A stretch of DNA of 64,000 bases from an uncultured Nitrospiraceae bacterium (GCA_963730935.1 CAVSTP010000003.1:1-64000); one strand, 5' to 3'. Positions 11,557 through 22,010 are shown, counted from the stretch's first letter. Numbers and translations: made by a program. Notes: a model not told the origin generated them from the letters alone.

Positions 11557-12078
11557 TCAATGTCTCTCCGGTTGAATCCGGTGATGCGAGACACTGATCT
11601 CCGGTGAGTGATGCAGCGTTTGGTAGACGACACAGTAACGTTCTGTGAGGCGGAGTAGTGTAGCAAGCTGGTCTTCCGTCGCGTCTGTGGCAAGATCAAA
11701 TTGCAGTCGGATGCGTTGAAACCCCACCGGGGTATCTTTGGAAATCCCGAGCGTGCCTCGAAAGTCCAAATCACCTTCCGCCCGAACCGTTCCCTCACGA
11801 ATCTCAATGCCTATGGCGGTCGCGACGGCTCCCAAGGTCACGCCAGCACAGGCGACAAGCGCCTCCAAGAGCATATCGCCCGAGCAAGCCATGAGTCCGT
11901 TGCCGCCGGTGGCAGGATGCAGCCCCGCCTCAACAAGCGTCTTACCTGTTTCAACCCTACATGAGATTCCGGCCCCCATGCGTCCTTCGGCCCTGAGAGT
12001 CAGGCGCGCAGTGTCCGGACTTTCGCGATAGCGCTCCTTGAGTGGCGCCTGTAGTGAACGGAGTTCTTCCGTCTTCAT
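11557..12078 (-). CDS. OsmC family protein
   Basis: 'GLHPATGG...CSGDMLLEALVACAGVT', 'GDLDFRGTLG', 'TERYCVVYQTL'. Confidence 0.9.
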   Translation of the reverse strand: MKTEELRSLQAPLKERYRESPDTARLTLRAEGRMGAGISCRVETGKTLVEAGLHPATGGNGLMACSGDMLLEALVACAGVTLGAVATAIGIEIREGTVRAEGDLDFRGTLGISKDTPVGFQRIRLQFDLATDATEDQLATLLRLTERYCVVYQTLHHSPEISVSHHRIQPERH

Positions 12079-12363
12079 CACGCACCTCGCTTCTCCAAAG
12101 GTGTTCCTCAAGTATGATCTACTTGGCGAAGTTTACTGCAAAGTCGGAGGTGTATCCATTACTCCGGAGGTGATAGAAAAAGAGGGAGGGGTGGGTAAGG
12201 TGGTCAAGACCCGGCCCGCCACCTGCCGCTCATGTCTTGAAGCGCTGAGTCGCTTCAACGGGAAGCCTTCGGTCCTCCGGAGGCTTCCCAAGCTTCAAAT
12301 TGGTAGCAGAGGCGTAGCGGGAGTTTTTAACACGTTATCGGGCGAGGGAGATTCTAAAAATAC

Positions 12364-12403
12364 AGCAAACTAACAAACCGCAGGTCTGGTTTGTCAGAAT
12401 GCT
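12364..12403 (+). repeat. degenerate att-like core (AAACCGCAGGTC) inside an inverted repeat; left part shared with 31902-31923
   Basis: CAGCAAACTAACAAACCGCAGGTC vs CAGCGAACTAACAAACCGCAAGT at 31902. Also folds as ACAAACC-8nt-GGTTTGT. Confidence 0.5.
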
Positions 12404-12407
12404 GGTG

Positions 12408-13217
12408 TCAGCCATCGCTGTCTAGATATGCCCCTATGCCGTACCGCTCAAACAAGCCAGTCAGCAGGGCCAGTGAGTCACTCAAGATCATTAGGCCAAC
12501 AACAACGAGAAACATCCCGCTGACGATGGAAACCACTCCCATATATGCGCGGACTCGCCTGAATTGAACGAGAAAGCGGTCCACACTCATCGCTGCCGCA
12601 AACAATGGCATTCCCAAGCCGAGGGAATAAAACGCCAGTAAGGTCACACCGTCTGCTAGCGTGTCGGTCGTGCTTGCATATAAAAGCATGGTCCCGAGCA
12701 CCGGACCGACACAAGGAGTCCAACCCGTGGCAAAGGCTGCGCCGACTAGCAATGAGCCAGCATAGCCTGCCGGACGGGTTCGCAAGTGAACACGCTTCTC
12801 CGTCATAAGCAGTCTAAGTTTCAGTAGCCCCATGAGATACAGTCCGAACAGAATAATGAAGGTCCCGCCGACTTTCCGAATGAGGTCTTGATAGTCGGTG
12901 AGCATCCGACCGATCAAGCTGGCCGAGGCCCCGAAGGCGATGAACACGAGCGAGAACCCCGCGATGAAGAGAAGGGCATTCGCAATGATCGTTTTGCGCA
13001 CCCCGTGCCACTCATCAGAATCGACCAGTTGGTCTAATGATAGACTAGTGATGTATATGAGATAGGAAGGGACCAACGGCAACACGCAAGGTGAGACGAA
13101 AGAAAGGAAGCCCGCGAAGAAGGCAGCCATAAGAGACGTCTGTGAAAAACATTCGAGCATGATCACCCACGCAGCGGCAGGAGAGGGCAGTTGCCCTCTC
13201 CCTGCTGCTGTCATCAT
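12408..13217 (-). CDS. ccdA: cytochrome c biogenesis CcdA / DsbD transmembrane protein
   Basis: 'GFLSFVSPCVLPLVPSY' and 'GWTPCVGPVLG'; multiple TM helices; start may be 13160. Confidence 0.9.
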   Translation of the reverse strand: MMTAAGRGQLPSPAAAWVIMLECFSQTSLMAAFFAGFLSFVSPCVLPLVPSYLIYITSLSLDQLVDSDEWHGVRKTIIANALLFIAGFSLVFIAFGASASLIGRMLTDYQDLIRKVGGTFIILFGLYLMGLLKLRLLMTEKRVHLRTRPAGYAGSLLVGAAFATGWTPCVGPVLGTMLLYASTTDTLADGVTLLAFYSLGLGMPLFAAAMSVDRFLVQFRRVRAYMGVVSIVSGMFLVVVGLMILSDSLALLTGLFERYGIGAYLDSDG

Positions 13218-13714
13218 CCTTTCAGAGTGGACAGAAACTCACGAAATTGAAGGTTCTGGAGGACGCCTCCTCCACGATGGACGAGCGCGACGCTTCCCTG
13301 TGCATCCAACAACACGTACGTCGGTGTCGCGTTGACCTTGAAGGCCTGCGCCATCCAACGGTCTTCGTCATACGCGCTCGGAAAGGGGAATGTCCCGGCT
13401 CGCTCTTTCACGAACCGTTCGACATTCGTTCTCGTGTCGGCGAATCCGATCGAGAGGATACCCAGCTGCACCGGCTTGTCGCGCCGGTAGAATTCGCTCA
13501 AGAGAGGCAAATCTCGCTGACAGACCTTGCACCAGGGTGCCCAGAAGACCAGCAATGTTGGTCGACCCTTCAGAGATTCTTTGCTGTAGGTCTCGCCTCC
13601 GAACGTAACCAATTCGAACGACGGCGCTGTCGAACCGGCAGGTTCCGCCTTTAGCTCTGCCGGGCCGGGCAGCGCGATGAGGCACACGAGAATGCTTGCA
13701 CTGAACCAACGCAT
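13214..13714 (-). CDS. TlpA-like periplasmic thioredoxin
   Basis: Signal peptide, 'FWAPWCKVC', cis-Pro motif 'ATPT'. Confidence 0.88.
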   Translation of the reverse strand: MRWFSASILVCLIALPGPAELKAEPAGSTAPSFELVTFGGETYSKESLKGRPTLLVFWAPWCKVCQRDLPLLSEFYRRDKPVQLGILSIGFADTRTNVERFVKERAGTFPFPSAYDEDRWMAQAFKVNATPTYVLLDAQGSVALVHRGGGVLQNLQFREFLSTLKG

Positions 13715-13729
13715 TGACGTCCTCCCTCC

Positions 13730-14200
13730 TTAGGGCTTGATGTACAAATAGCCTTCCTTCTGCAGATCAGCGATGCGTTTCACGGCCACCGGATGCAAAG
13801 TGGCAACAAATCCCTTCGCCAGATTTTCGATCGTCTTGCCGTAAGCTTTCATGGACACCTGGCACATCTCCGCCTTGACGCCTTTCTCGATAATTTGGTC
13901 GAACCGCTTCGTCATCTCCGGATCCATCCTGTCCTTCTCGAATAGTTCGAGCGCCGGTCCGTGCACAACAAGCTCGATATCGATCTTGTCCGGCCCACCT
14001 TCTGCGTCGATGTGCTTGTTGATGAGCGCAAGGGCGTATTTCGCCACATCCGGATCCTTCCCATCGACGTGGTACAAAACCTTGACTTTCCCCTGTCCTT
14101 CCGCCGCCTGAACCTGATCCCGGCTCACAGGCAAAGCCAATATGGCGAGGGCAGTCAGCAGAACCAATAGCATGTGAATGCGTAATGATAACCCAATCAT
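13730..14200 (-). CDS. secreted DsrE family protein
   Basis: RBS GGAGGA, signal peptide, 'IELVVHGPAL', 'EMCQVSM', 'LQKEGYLYIKP'. Confidence 0.8.
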   Translation of the reverse strand: MIGLSLRIHMLLVLLTALAILALPVSRDQVQAAEGQGKVKVLYHVDGKDPDVAKYALALINKHIDAEGGPDKIDIELVVHGPALELFEKDRMDPEMTKRFDQIIEKGVKAEMCQVSMKAYGKTIENLAKGFVATLHPVAVKRIADLQKEGYLYIKP

Positions 14201-14340
14201 GGCATCCTCCTTGGTGTGATGAACGTGCAGACGCATAAACTCCATGCGCACATCGTACGGGTTGTCGAGGAGAGCCGGTAGGGGAGATCGCACTAAACAA
14301 GAGAGCAATAGTTCCCCTGTAGTGATAGGGGAGGTTGCCC

Positions 14341-15003
14341 CTAGTGTTTTGAATGCTGTTGGGTGAAATAGACAGCCGCTTGCGCGCGGCGAGAGACTTG
14401 AAGCTTCTGGAAGATATTCTCGAGGTAGTGTCCGACTGTTTTGTCGCTCAAGTTCAAAGATACGGCGATTTCTTTGTTGGTTTTCCCTTCCGCGACCAGT
14501 GCCAGGACACGTTCCTCCTGAGGAGACAAGGGCTCACGCTTCTCTTGCGTTGCCTGAGCCGAGAGAGATTTCACTTTGGCGAGCACACGCTGTGTGACTG
14601 CCGGGTCCAGGATCGATTGTCCTGATGACACTGCCTTAACCGCGTCGATCAACTGGTCGCTACTCACTTCCTTCAGGAGAAATCCGTCGGCTCCAGCCAA
14701 AATGGTGGCGAGCACCGAGTCATCGTCAGCGAACGAGGTCAAGAAGAGTACCCTTGTGTCTGGGTTTGCGGTGCGAATCGCACGGCAAGCGTCGACTCCG
14801 CTCCCATCCGGAAGCCTGACATCCATTAGCACGACCCTTGGCTTCAGTCTCGAAGCATCCGCAACAGCAGTGGCCATGGTGCCGGCCTCACCGACGACCT
14901 GGAATCCTCCGGCTTCGGTGAACAACGTCCGCAGGCCGATGCGAAGGACTTCGTGATCGTCCACCAACAAGAGTCGGATGGGTTTCGTCTCAGCTCGGGG
15001 CAT
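14341..15003 (-). CDS. NarL/LuxR family response regulator
   Basis: REC 'VDDHEVLRIG' plus LuxR HTH 'LSPQEERVL...GKTNKEIA'. Confidence 0.92.
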   Translation of the reverse strand: MPRAETKPIRLLLVDDHEVLRIGLRTLFTEAGGFQVVGEAGTMATAVADASRLKPRVVLMDVRLPDGSGVDACRAIRTANPDTRVLFLTSFADDDSVLATILAGADGFLLKEVSSDQLIDAVKAVSSGQSILDPAVTQRVLAKVKSLSAQATQEKREPLSPQEERVLALVAEGKTNKEIAVSLNLSDKTVGHYLENIFQKLQVSRRAQAAVYFTQQHSKH

Positions 15004-16420
15004 CACTCTTCTCTCGGAGTAAGTCACAGACAATCTGTGTTCCACGACCTGGTTCCGACATGACTTCGAGACGGCCACCCAGCTTTCTGACACGTGTCTG
15101 CATATTGTTCAGTCCCTGTCCATGCCCCCGGACCGTCCTGGGATTGAACCCGACCCCATCGTCTTCCACTGTCAGACGGACGTATCCGTCGTGCACGTCA
15201 AGAGTGAGGGTGCCTGTACGGGCTGCGGAGTGCCGCAGACTATTGCTCATCGCTTCTCGCGCGATTGGAAGAAGTTGTTCCGCCTGTTCAGGGGTTAACC
15301 AGTCTGCAGCCACAGGATTGATTTCTAGACGAAAATAAACCTGTCGTGAATTGTTCATGTCATCGACCAGCGAGGCCAGCGCCGCTTCGAGTGATCGTCC
15401 CTTCAAGACCGCGGGCTCCAAACCTAGAATATATCCTCGCAACTCTCGAATGACTGCCTTGAGGCCAGCCACAGCCGTGCTCAACTGCGCGCCGACATCG
15501 ATCGGGTTGGTTGAAACGAGACGCTGGCATCGTTCGAGGTTAAGGCCGATCGCGAAGAGAGATTGGATGGTGCTATCGTGCAGATCCTGGGACATGCGTT
15601 CGCGCTCGTCTAGCGCCTGACGGAGCCGTCCCTCGCTTCGGGAGAGCGTCTCTTTGGCATGGAGGGTTTGTGAGAGAGACGCTTTTAAGTCGGCGATGAC
15701 CTGAAAATAGCTTCGAGTAATATATCCCAACGCAATCACGCTAGCCATAAGGCGTAAAGCATGCCAGAACCACCAGCGATTGTCCCATGGAATCGAGTAC
15801 ATGAATACCAACTCGGCCATACCGAAGAGGAGGGCAAGGCTCGCGAATAACGCATCCTCTAACCGGCCCGAGCGCCGGTAGTTCAACAAAAAGCGCCCCA
15901 TCGCCGCCAGAAAAAGCAGGCAGGCTAGGCTTTGTGGTGCCACGGCCGTTGGAGTAAATTCACCGTTCCGGACCATCTCAGGGATTTGTTCGGGAAAAAT
16001 TAGGAACCATGTACCGGCCAATAATGCGCCGGTCCCAATCAGCCACGGGAGCCAACGCGGTTCCGATTCACTGTTTGGGGCATGCGACCTCCACACCAGC
16101 ACAAACCCGATGCCTCCAGCCAAGCTAGCAAGGTTTCGGAACAGGACGAAGCCATTGCCTGGCGGTGCGATAGCATGAAACTCTTCCAGGAGCCCCATGC
16201 CTACAAACCCCGCGGCGAGTGCGCGGTGCTTCCCTGCTCGAGACGCGTCGGGTGTGTACAGTAAGACCATAGCCATCGCAATGCCCACGAGGCCTCCCAC
16301 CGCCTCTATCGTCGAATGGAGCGGCTCATGGTGCCAACGCCACTCGGGCCACAACGAATGCATGACGGTGCCGACCAGCAGCGCCCCAATGCTGAACCCT
16401 GTCAAAAGGACGTATAACAC
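14990..16420 (-). CDS. membrane-bound HisKA_3 sensor histidine kinase
   Basis: Multi-TM N-terminus, 'ERERMSQDLHD', 'EAMSNSLRHS', 'DDGVGF', 'GQGL'. Confidence 0.9.
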   Translation of the reverse strand: MLYVLLTGFSIGALLVGTVMHSLWPEWRWHHEPLHSTIEAVGGLVGIAMAMVLLYTPDASRAGKHRALAAGFVGMGLLEEFHAIAPPGNGFVLFRNLASLAGGIGFVLVWRSHAPNSESEPRWLPWLIGTGALLAGTWFLIFPEQIPEMVRNGEFTPTAVAPQSLACLLFLAAMGRFLLNYRRSGRLEDALFASLALLFGMAELVFMYSIPWDNRWWFWHALRLMASVIALGYITRSYFQVIADLKASLSQTLHAKETLSRSEGRLRQALDERERMSQDLHDSTIQSLFAIGLNLERCQRLVSTNPIDVGAQLSTAVAGLKAVIRELRGYILGLEPAVLKGRSLEAALASLVDDMNNSRQVYFRLEINPVAADWLTPEQAEQLLPIAREAMSNSLRHSAARTGTLTLDVHDGYVRLTVEDDGVGFNPRTVRGHGQGLNNMQTRVRKLGGRLEVMSEPGRGTQIVCDLLREKSDAPS

Positions 16421-16565
16421 CGACAGTCGCCTTCTCCCTTGATCTACCGTCTCATAATCCCGCTAGCTGTCATTCAGGACACAAGTTCCCACAAAAGATC
16501 AAGGACGGCGATATCTGATTGGCCATCACTACCGATGAAGGGGCCTACCGCTCATTATGACGTTC

Positions 16566-16612
16566 TGCTACCGCGCTGCTAGCAGGGCAGGACAAACCAG
16601 TCCTATCTGGCC
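16566..16612 (+). repeat. end block type B, partial copy (TGCTAC pair plus GGACAAACCAG)
   Basis: Aligns with 28343, 35740 and 40362 copies; followed by a TGTGCTAGA direct-repeat pair at about 16622-16641. Confidence 0.75.
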
Positions 16613-16770
16613 GTCCGACGCTGTGCTAGATTTGTGCTAGAAAATATTGCAAGCAGCCGCAATGGCCAGAATGAATAGAAACAGTAGAATCGCCAAAACA
16701 TCAATGCTGACGAGTTAAAACGGGGAAACCACTTGTATCACCGAGCGTTACAAAAATCTGCCCATCTCCA

Positions 16771-16815
16771 TTCGTAAACCGCAGGTCGCCCGTTCAATCC
16801 GGGTCGCCGGCTCCA
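16771..16815 (+). repeat. 3' half of tRNA-Thr(CGT), att-like copy
   Basis: TTCGTAA anticodon loop, ACCGC, AGGTC variable loop, T arm GCCCG-TTCAATC-CGGGT, CGCCGGC-T-CCA; no D arm or 5' acceptor strand upstream. Confidence 0.92.
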
Positions 16816-16956
16816 TACTTTCAAGCAGTTAAAGAACCCGCCATTTCAGGATAGGGCGCAGGTGTTAATACAGTGTTAGTTTGAAGGTAGGTGGTGGGCT
16901 TACTTGCCCGGTTTATGCAAACCGGGAGGCAGTGATCCCAACGTGAAACCGGCTCT

Positions 16957-17178
16957 CCTGGGGAGGGGTAGTGAACTACCTTCAGACGTCCAACATAGAT
17001 TGGCGTGGTGTTAATCCGGTGTTAGAAAGCCATACTAAAACAGACGAACGCAGCCCGGTAAGGGAGAACAGAGCAGAAAGGGTGGATCAGCGTTTCGGCA
17101 AGGGAGAGAAGGGGATTGCCTGGTTTTCTTTGACCTTGGGCAATCCCCCTATCACCGATTCGTAAACCGCAGGTCGCC
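16957..17178 (+). repeat. end block type A (~215 bp) ending in a truncated tRNA-Thr core (17159-17178)
   Basis: Highly similar direct repeat of 25471-25691; contains GGTGTTAATCCGGTGTTAG paired repeat. Confidence 0.9.
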
Positions 17179-17220
17179 TCTAGCTTCCATGTGCAATGAC
17201 TGACCGGTCATTGCACACCA
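17179..17220 (+). repeat. left-end block C with palindrome GTGCAATGAC-N6-GTCATTGCAC
   Basis: Follows the truncated core; a close copy follows the truncated core at 28489-28530. Confidence 0.8.
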
Positions 17221-17352
17221 GACGAGTCGTGGCCAGGCGAATACTATCTCGCGTCAAACCGTCCTGAGCACTTTGACCAGCTATGGTGTTTCGTAAACAC
17301 TCAGATGAGGAAATTGCTAGCATTCAAAATTGATGCTTGACTAAGAATCCTT

Positions 17353-17553
17353 TCAATCCAGGACGAATGTGACCTTCAGGTCCACTCGGTACACAATAAT
17401 CTTGCTATTCTCAATCACCACTTGCTGTTCCTTGACCCAGGCGCCTTTGATGTTGTGGATGGTCTTAGAAGCTCTGGCGATTCCACTCTGAACGGCATCC
17501 TCAAAGCTCTTTGGCGATTCACAGCTAATCTCTATAATCTTGGCGACGGACAT
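17353..17553 (-). CDS. dodecin family protein
   Basis: 'SVAKIIEI...SPKSFEDAVQSGIARASKT...YRVDLKVTF', 66 aa, RBS AGGAGG. Confidence 0.9.
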   Translation of the reverse strand: MSVAKIIEISCESPKSFEDAVQSGIARASKTIHNIKGAWVKEQQVVIENSKIIVYRVDLKVTFVLD

Positions 17554-18069
17554 AGCAATTCCTCCTTGTTATGAGCCCCTAATCTAAACGGAACATCTGT
17601 CTCCTCCTAAAGAATCGGCGTGCGCAATCTTACATAATTTTTCCGCCTTTGTCTGTGACCCGGAACAGCCGGACACGGGACTGAGAATTAGCTGTAAAAC
17701 TCTTGGGATTCTCCTTGGGTGCTCGACGAGATGTTCACTCAACTTGATCGCCGTTTGATTAATCTTCATTATTTATTAGGTCATCCGTGACCGGTTACTG
17801 GTTGGGGCTGCTCCGGGTTCTTGCTCGCAACTACAGCCCGTTTTCAGTCTGTTAGCAGGCGCGCCTTTACCGACCAATTGAGTATGCTGCAAAGTCTCGG
17901 GTGTCCCTGGCACTTTACCCCCCCCCTTGCGGATTATAGCGGGAGTGAAGTACGTGCCTGGAAATCGATGATGAGAGCGGCGTCGTGAAGATGGAACAAG
18001 ATATGGCTGTTGACAAGCCCGCGACGATGGGCGCGATGATAGCCAAACACCTAAACCAAGGACGCGACC

Positions 18070-18402
18070 ATGAGACAGTTATCCGCGTTCGTAGCGACGA
18101 CATTCTGCTTCATCCTGTTGCTGATGTTCCCGCTGACAAGCGAGGCTCAGACGTACTGCAATTGCATCAGCTCATCGGTCTACTGTGACGGCTACGATAA
18201 CAACCAGACGACGATCACGCCGCTCGGGGGCACTGGCGGGGTCATCACCCAGGATGACTACCGTGGCCACTCCAGCATGACACGTATAACGTCCTGGCCG
18301 CGCCCTCGCGCGGGGTTGAAGCCACATGATCCCCGTGCGTTCTATACGCTCGAAGGCAATCAGTATACTCTTCGGGCATCCCCATCGTTACCTCGACGTT
18401 GA
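18070..18402 (+). CDS. small secreted hypothetical protein, possibly decayed at the 3' end
   Basis: Signal peptide ending 'SEA', 'YCNC...VYC'. Confidence 0.45.
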   Translation: MRQLSAFVATTFCFILLLMFPLTSEAQTYCNCISSSVYCDGYDNNQTTITPLGGTGGVITQDDYRGHSSMTRITSWPRPRAGLKPHDPRAFYTLEGNQYTLRASPSLPRR

Positions 18403-18926
18403 CTGGCTTTTTATCGTTTCCCGGCACAATTTGAGCTAGTCGGGGATGTACATAGGGCGTAGCATCTTTGGCGATACGCGCATCCCAGATCAGTTTGATC
18501 CAGATGCCTTGGAATCCCGAGGTTTGCTTCTTTTTGAAAGCACAAAGCAGATATGGTCGTGAAGATATAGTCGACAGAGCTTCGACGACAAAACAACGAT
18601 ACGCCGCGATTCACGTTCGATCCAAGGTTATCGCCACCAAATCCCCCTTCTGCCTTTTTCGCTCCTTTGTAGTCCAGAGTCTGCGCGCTTACCTGGCGTG
18701 TCTTTTGAACTCGCAAAAAATTGATGCGCCAGACGGATGACTTCCCACCGGCTCGCTTTACCGGGTTTCTGGTTCGGTCGGATGTAAGAGCACATTTATC
18801 ACTGTTTGTGCAGGACTATCTTGAGTAAATGGAAACCCAAAACGCTAATGTAGTTCCTCCGCGCTGAGCGGCAAAGAGACTTTAAGCGATTACAAGCAGT
18901 TTCTACCAGATGGGAGCGCACAGCTA

Positions 18927-19772
18927 TCAATGCATGACCTCAAGTTGGATCAGCATATCTTCCATGAACAATCCTTTTTCCGACATGTTGAGGTCTGGTA
19001 ACAGTCGTGTTGTGAGATCAGCACTTCCCTCCAGATGGTCAAGTTGATATCCCATTTCTTTGTGGAAAACATTCAGTTCCTCTCTTTCCCCTCCCAATCT
19101 AAACAATCTCGGGGTTCGACCATCTCGCCACGTTTCATCGAAACCGCGAAGCTTGAAATCGTAGGCAATACGACTTTCCCTCGACAAATGCTTTCCGAGG
19201 AATCTCAAAACTTTTGTAAACGTTTCAACCTTGATATAAGGGGCGACGCCTTCCATGAATACCAATGCCCTTGGCATCTTATTATGAGCTAACCATGACT
19301 CGAAGTCCGGCCATGCTTCGTCATTTAAGTCTATCGACACATATGTGACATGGTCATTGTCCCAAAGTCGCTTTGACACATCCTGCTTGATCTCAATTGC
19401 TTTCGGTTGGTCACACTCTAAAACCTTAATGCCCTTTTGTTTCAAGGCCTGTTCGAATCGATATGCCCGTGTGTCAGTGCCGCATCCAATATTGACGATG
19501 TACTGCACATTCGACGTAATCGCATTCAGGAATACCGAATCGTAGTATCGGGTTCGCGCAAGGAGGTAGTAATAGAGGGGATCAGCTTGCAGAGTAGCAA
19601 CGCTGCTTTGACTCAGCCATTGGCAACGCCACCTTCTAAGAGGTGGTAGGAAGTGCCCAACTAGCCTATCTGGATTCAGAAGTTCGGTAGGTTCATGAAT
19701 AGATTGGATATACCGTCGTTCTGCCACCGCCAATGAATTGCTGAATGCTAGCCTCCGCATCTCGTCCTCCAC
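18927..19772 (-). CDS. class I SAM-dependent methyltransferase (leucine carboxyl methyltransferase-like)
   Basis: 'ARTRYYD', 'VNIGCGTDTRAYR', 'ECDQP', 'FMEGV'. Confidence 0.85.
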   Translation of the reverse strand: MEDEMRRLAFSNSLAVAERRYIQSIHEPTELLNPDRLVGHFLPPLRRWRCQWLSQSSVATLQADPLYYYLLARTRYYDSVFLNAITSNVQYIVNIGCGTDTRAYRFEQALKQKGIKVLECDQPKAIEIKQDVSKRLWDNDHVTYVSIDLNDEAWPDFESWLAHNKMPRALVFMEGVAPYIKVETFTKVLRFLGKHLSRESRIAYDFKLRGFDETWRDGRTPRLFRLGGEREELNVFHKEMGYQLDHLEGSADLTTRLLPDLNMSEKGLFMEDMLIQLEVMH

Positions 19773-19811
19773 TAATCGCGGGAACCAGTCTGAGATGAAA
19801 CCGGTAAAACG

Positions 19812-20000
19812 CTAGCCGCTCCTTTTATGTGTGGGCATAGCCTTATAATGCAGCTTCGCCCGTTCGGCGGCCGAATACGTCCGTACGTGATATTCTCGCT
19901 CTAACTCTTCTTTCGCCGCAGCCTTACCTTTACGTGCCTCTATAAGCAGTTGGCGGCGATATTCCTGCTCTGCGTCATCTACACCCTTGAATGCTTCCAC
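19812..20000 (-). CDS. small hypothetical protein, paralog of 30368-30568
   Basis: GTG start with AGGAGG RBS; 'EAFKGVDDAEQEYRRQLLIEARKGKAAAKEELEREYHVR'. Confidence 0.7.
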   Translation of the reverse strand: MEAFKGVDDAEQEYRRQLLIEARKGKAAAKEELEREYHVRTYSAAERAKLHYKAMPTHKRSG

Positions 20001-20246
20001 AACACGCCTCCTGGTTAGCGCAACAGCTGACACAGTGTGCTGGCTGGATGCTGTCCAAAGTGTAGAAGCGGCAGTGCGATCACGACAGACCAGAAGGAGG
20101 TACTTCGGAAGAGGGGGCCATCCATGGAACTGAGGTCTGTCGGCAGGCCAGTCAGGCAAAGGTAGGTTCATGGCTGCCGCAAATCAGAAAAGCGCAAAAA
20201 AAGCATTGTCAATAACCTGGACATGACGCGACTAAGCAGCATTCCG
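19855..20246 (-). repeat. ~390-bp inverted duplicate of 30120-30513
   Basis: Reverse complement aligns along its length with scattered substitutions. Confidence 0.93.
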
Positions 20247-20561
20247 CTTTTAGGTCTGCTTTGCCAGCGGGGTAACTACCACTCGAAGGCGCTTTTTGCA
20301 AAATTTTGCGCAACCCTCTGCTATCGAAATTCCTCAAAATCCATTTCCGCACAGGTCCACTCCGTGGGGGGTCGTGGCCGTTGATTTGGCTCAAAGCCCC
20401 CCTAGGTGGCCTTGTTCCCCAGAGCCGTTTTCGCTGGAAGAATCTCACTCGATCTCGGGGTTGCAACTGGGTTGCGGCGGGTGCGGAATCTTGATGCATT
20501 TTGACGGATGGCGGGCAGGGGATCTCTGCTATTCGTGCGCCAAAGAGAAATCTTCAGCTAA

Positions 20562-20606
20562 TTCGTAAACCGCAGGTCGCCCGTTCAATCCGGGTCGCCG
20601 GCTCCA
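20562..20606 (+). repeat. 3' half of tRNA-Thr(CGT), att-like copy
   Basis: Identical 45 nt to 16771-16815. Confidence 0.92.
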
Positions 20607-21602
20607 GTCTTTCAACAACATGCCCAGCTGTGTCAATGTCGTAATCTGCATGGAAAACAAAAGAACATTGAAAAATTCCACCTTTCGCGGCGCGTGGCGG
20701 GGCCATACCCAAGCGGATAGCGCCCCATAGTCTCTAAGGGTGAAGCGTTTTCAAATCTCGCCCTGTATCTGTCTTTATCGGACTGGAGGTCGTCTGCGCG
20801 GCTGACACCCCTTCCCAAGAGTGGCGTCATGGGGTCGGCGGTTATTGTTGCAATGTTGTATTTTTTGATCGCTCCGATACGCTTGCAGCGCCGCTTGCAC
20901 CGCACATCGCAGAAAGAGAGTTTCGGTCGCAGTTCGTGGAATCCTCAACGTTATGACCTCTATCTCTCTCACTATAGCCTCCTATTGGTGTGTAACACGT
21001 GCGGAAGGTACGGTCAGCTAACAGGAGCCCTGATCTAACGATGTAGCGAGTATCTGTCGGGTGCTGCTGTTTCCAAGATCTTGATCGCAATATGGAAAAT
21101 GGATGTTTATCCGACTGCATACGATCTGGGCCGCGAGAGGTAAGGCCAATCGCAGAGGGATGGAGAGGGCAATAGAGATGATCAACAGCAAATCATGGAG
21201 ACCAACCGTTCCGCGCATTTGCCTCATAAAATCCATCATTGTCGCCTCTAACTTCCTGCGTCTGACTGAATGAGGTCCCACTGCCTTTATCTCCTGCACC
21301 CTATGTTCTGTGCGCTCACTCAGTACGTCGACGGCATGCAGAAAAGGTTCATGTCAAAGATGAATCGTACATTTGCTTGGGGAGAGACGATAGGCAGCGC
21401 TACATTACGATGCGGAAATCCAAGGGGAGTTTGGGGAAAGCAGCTGAACTCTTGTGTGGGTGAATTACCGAGTCAAGGCGTTTGAACCTGGCAGTCGGCC
21501 ACGCAGCTACCTCCTGGCGCAAGGGTGATGCGGTCGCTTCATTTCCCCCATCTTTCTAGATCAAACACTCAAAGCTTGCTATTCTCTCGAAGGAGGAATC
21601 GC

Positions 21603-22010
21603 ATGACAAAAGAGCATTCGAAAAAGGCTCATATGACCAAGATTCTCGTCATAGATGACGATGCCCGAGACCGGGACCTATTAGCTGCTGTCTTGGACGA
21701 AAGAGGGTATGAAGTTATATTGGCAGAGAATGGTGGAACAGGGCTCATGTTATGTCACCGGCAACCTCCTGATGCTGTCGTGTTGGACCTCCGCATGCCT
21801 GAAATGGACGGTCGCAGCGTACTGCAGCAATTGCGGAGACTATACCCATCCCTACCAGTCGTAGTTTTCAGTGGACAGGGCACAGGAGAGGTTGAGCAAG
21901 AGGTGCTGGACCAGGGCGCCACAGCCTTTATTCAAAAGGAATTTTCGCTGCATCAACTCGGGTTGGCGTTGCAGGAGGTTCTGCCGTCTCCCAGTAAAGC
22001 CGCCGAGTGA
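21603..22010 (+). CDS. single-domain response regulator (CheY-like)
   Basis: RBS AGGAGG, 'ILVIDDD', 'LDLRMPEMDG', 'FIQK'. Confidence 0.88.
   Translation: MTKEHSKKAHMTKILVIDDDARDRDLLAAVLDERGYEVILAENGGTGLMLCHRQPPDAVVLDLRMPEMDGRSVLQQLRRLYPSLPVVVFSGQGTGEVEQEVLDQGATAFIQKEFSLHQLGLALQEVLPSPSKAAE

Noticed and set aside
16971..17165. Duplicated small protein (also 25407-25685)
   Set aside because: These ORFs are translations of non-coding end block A; an indel between copies changes the start and there is no consistent RBS.
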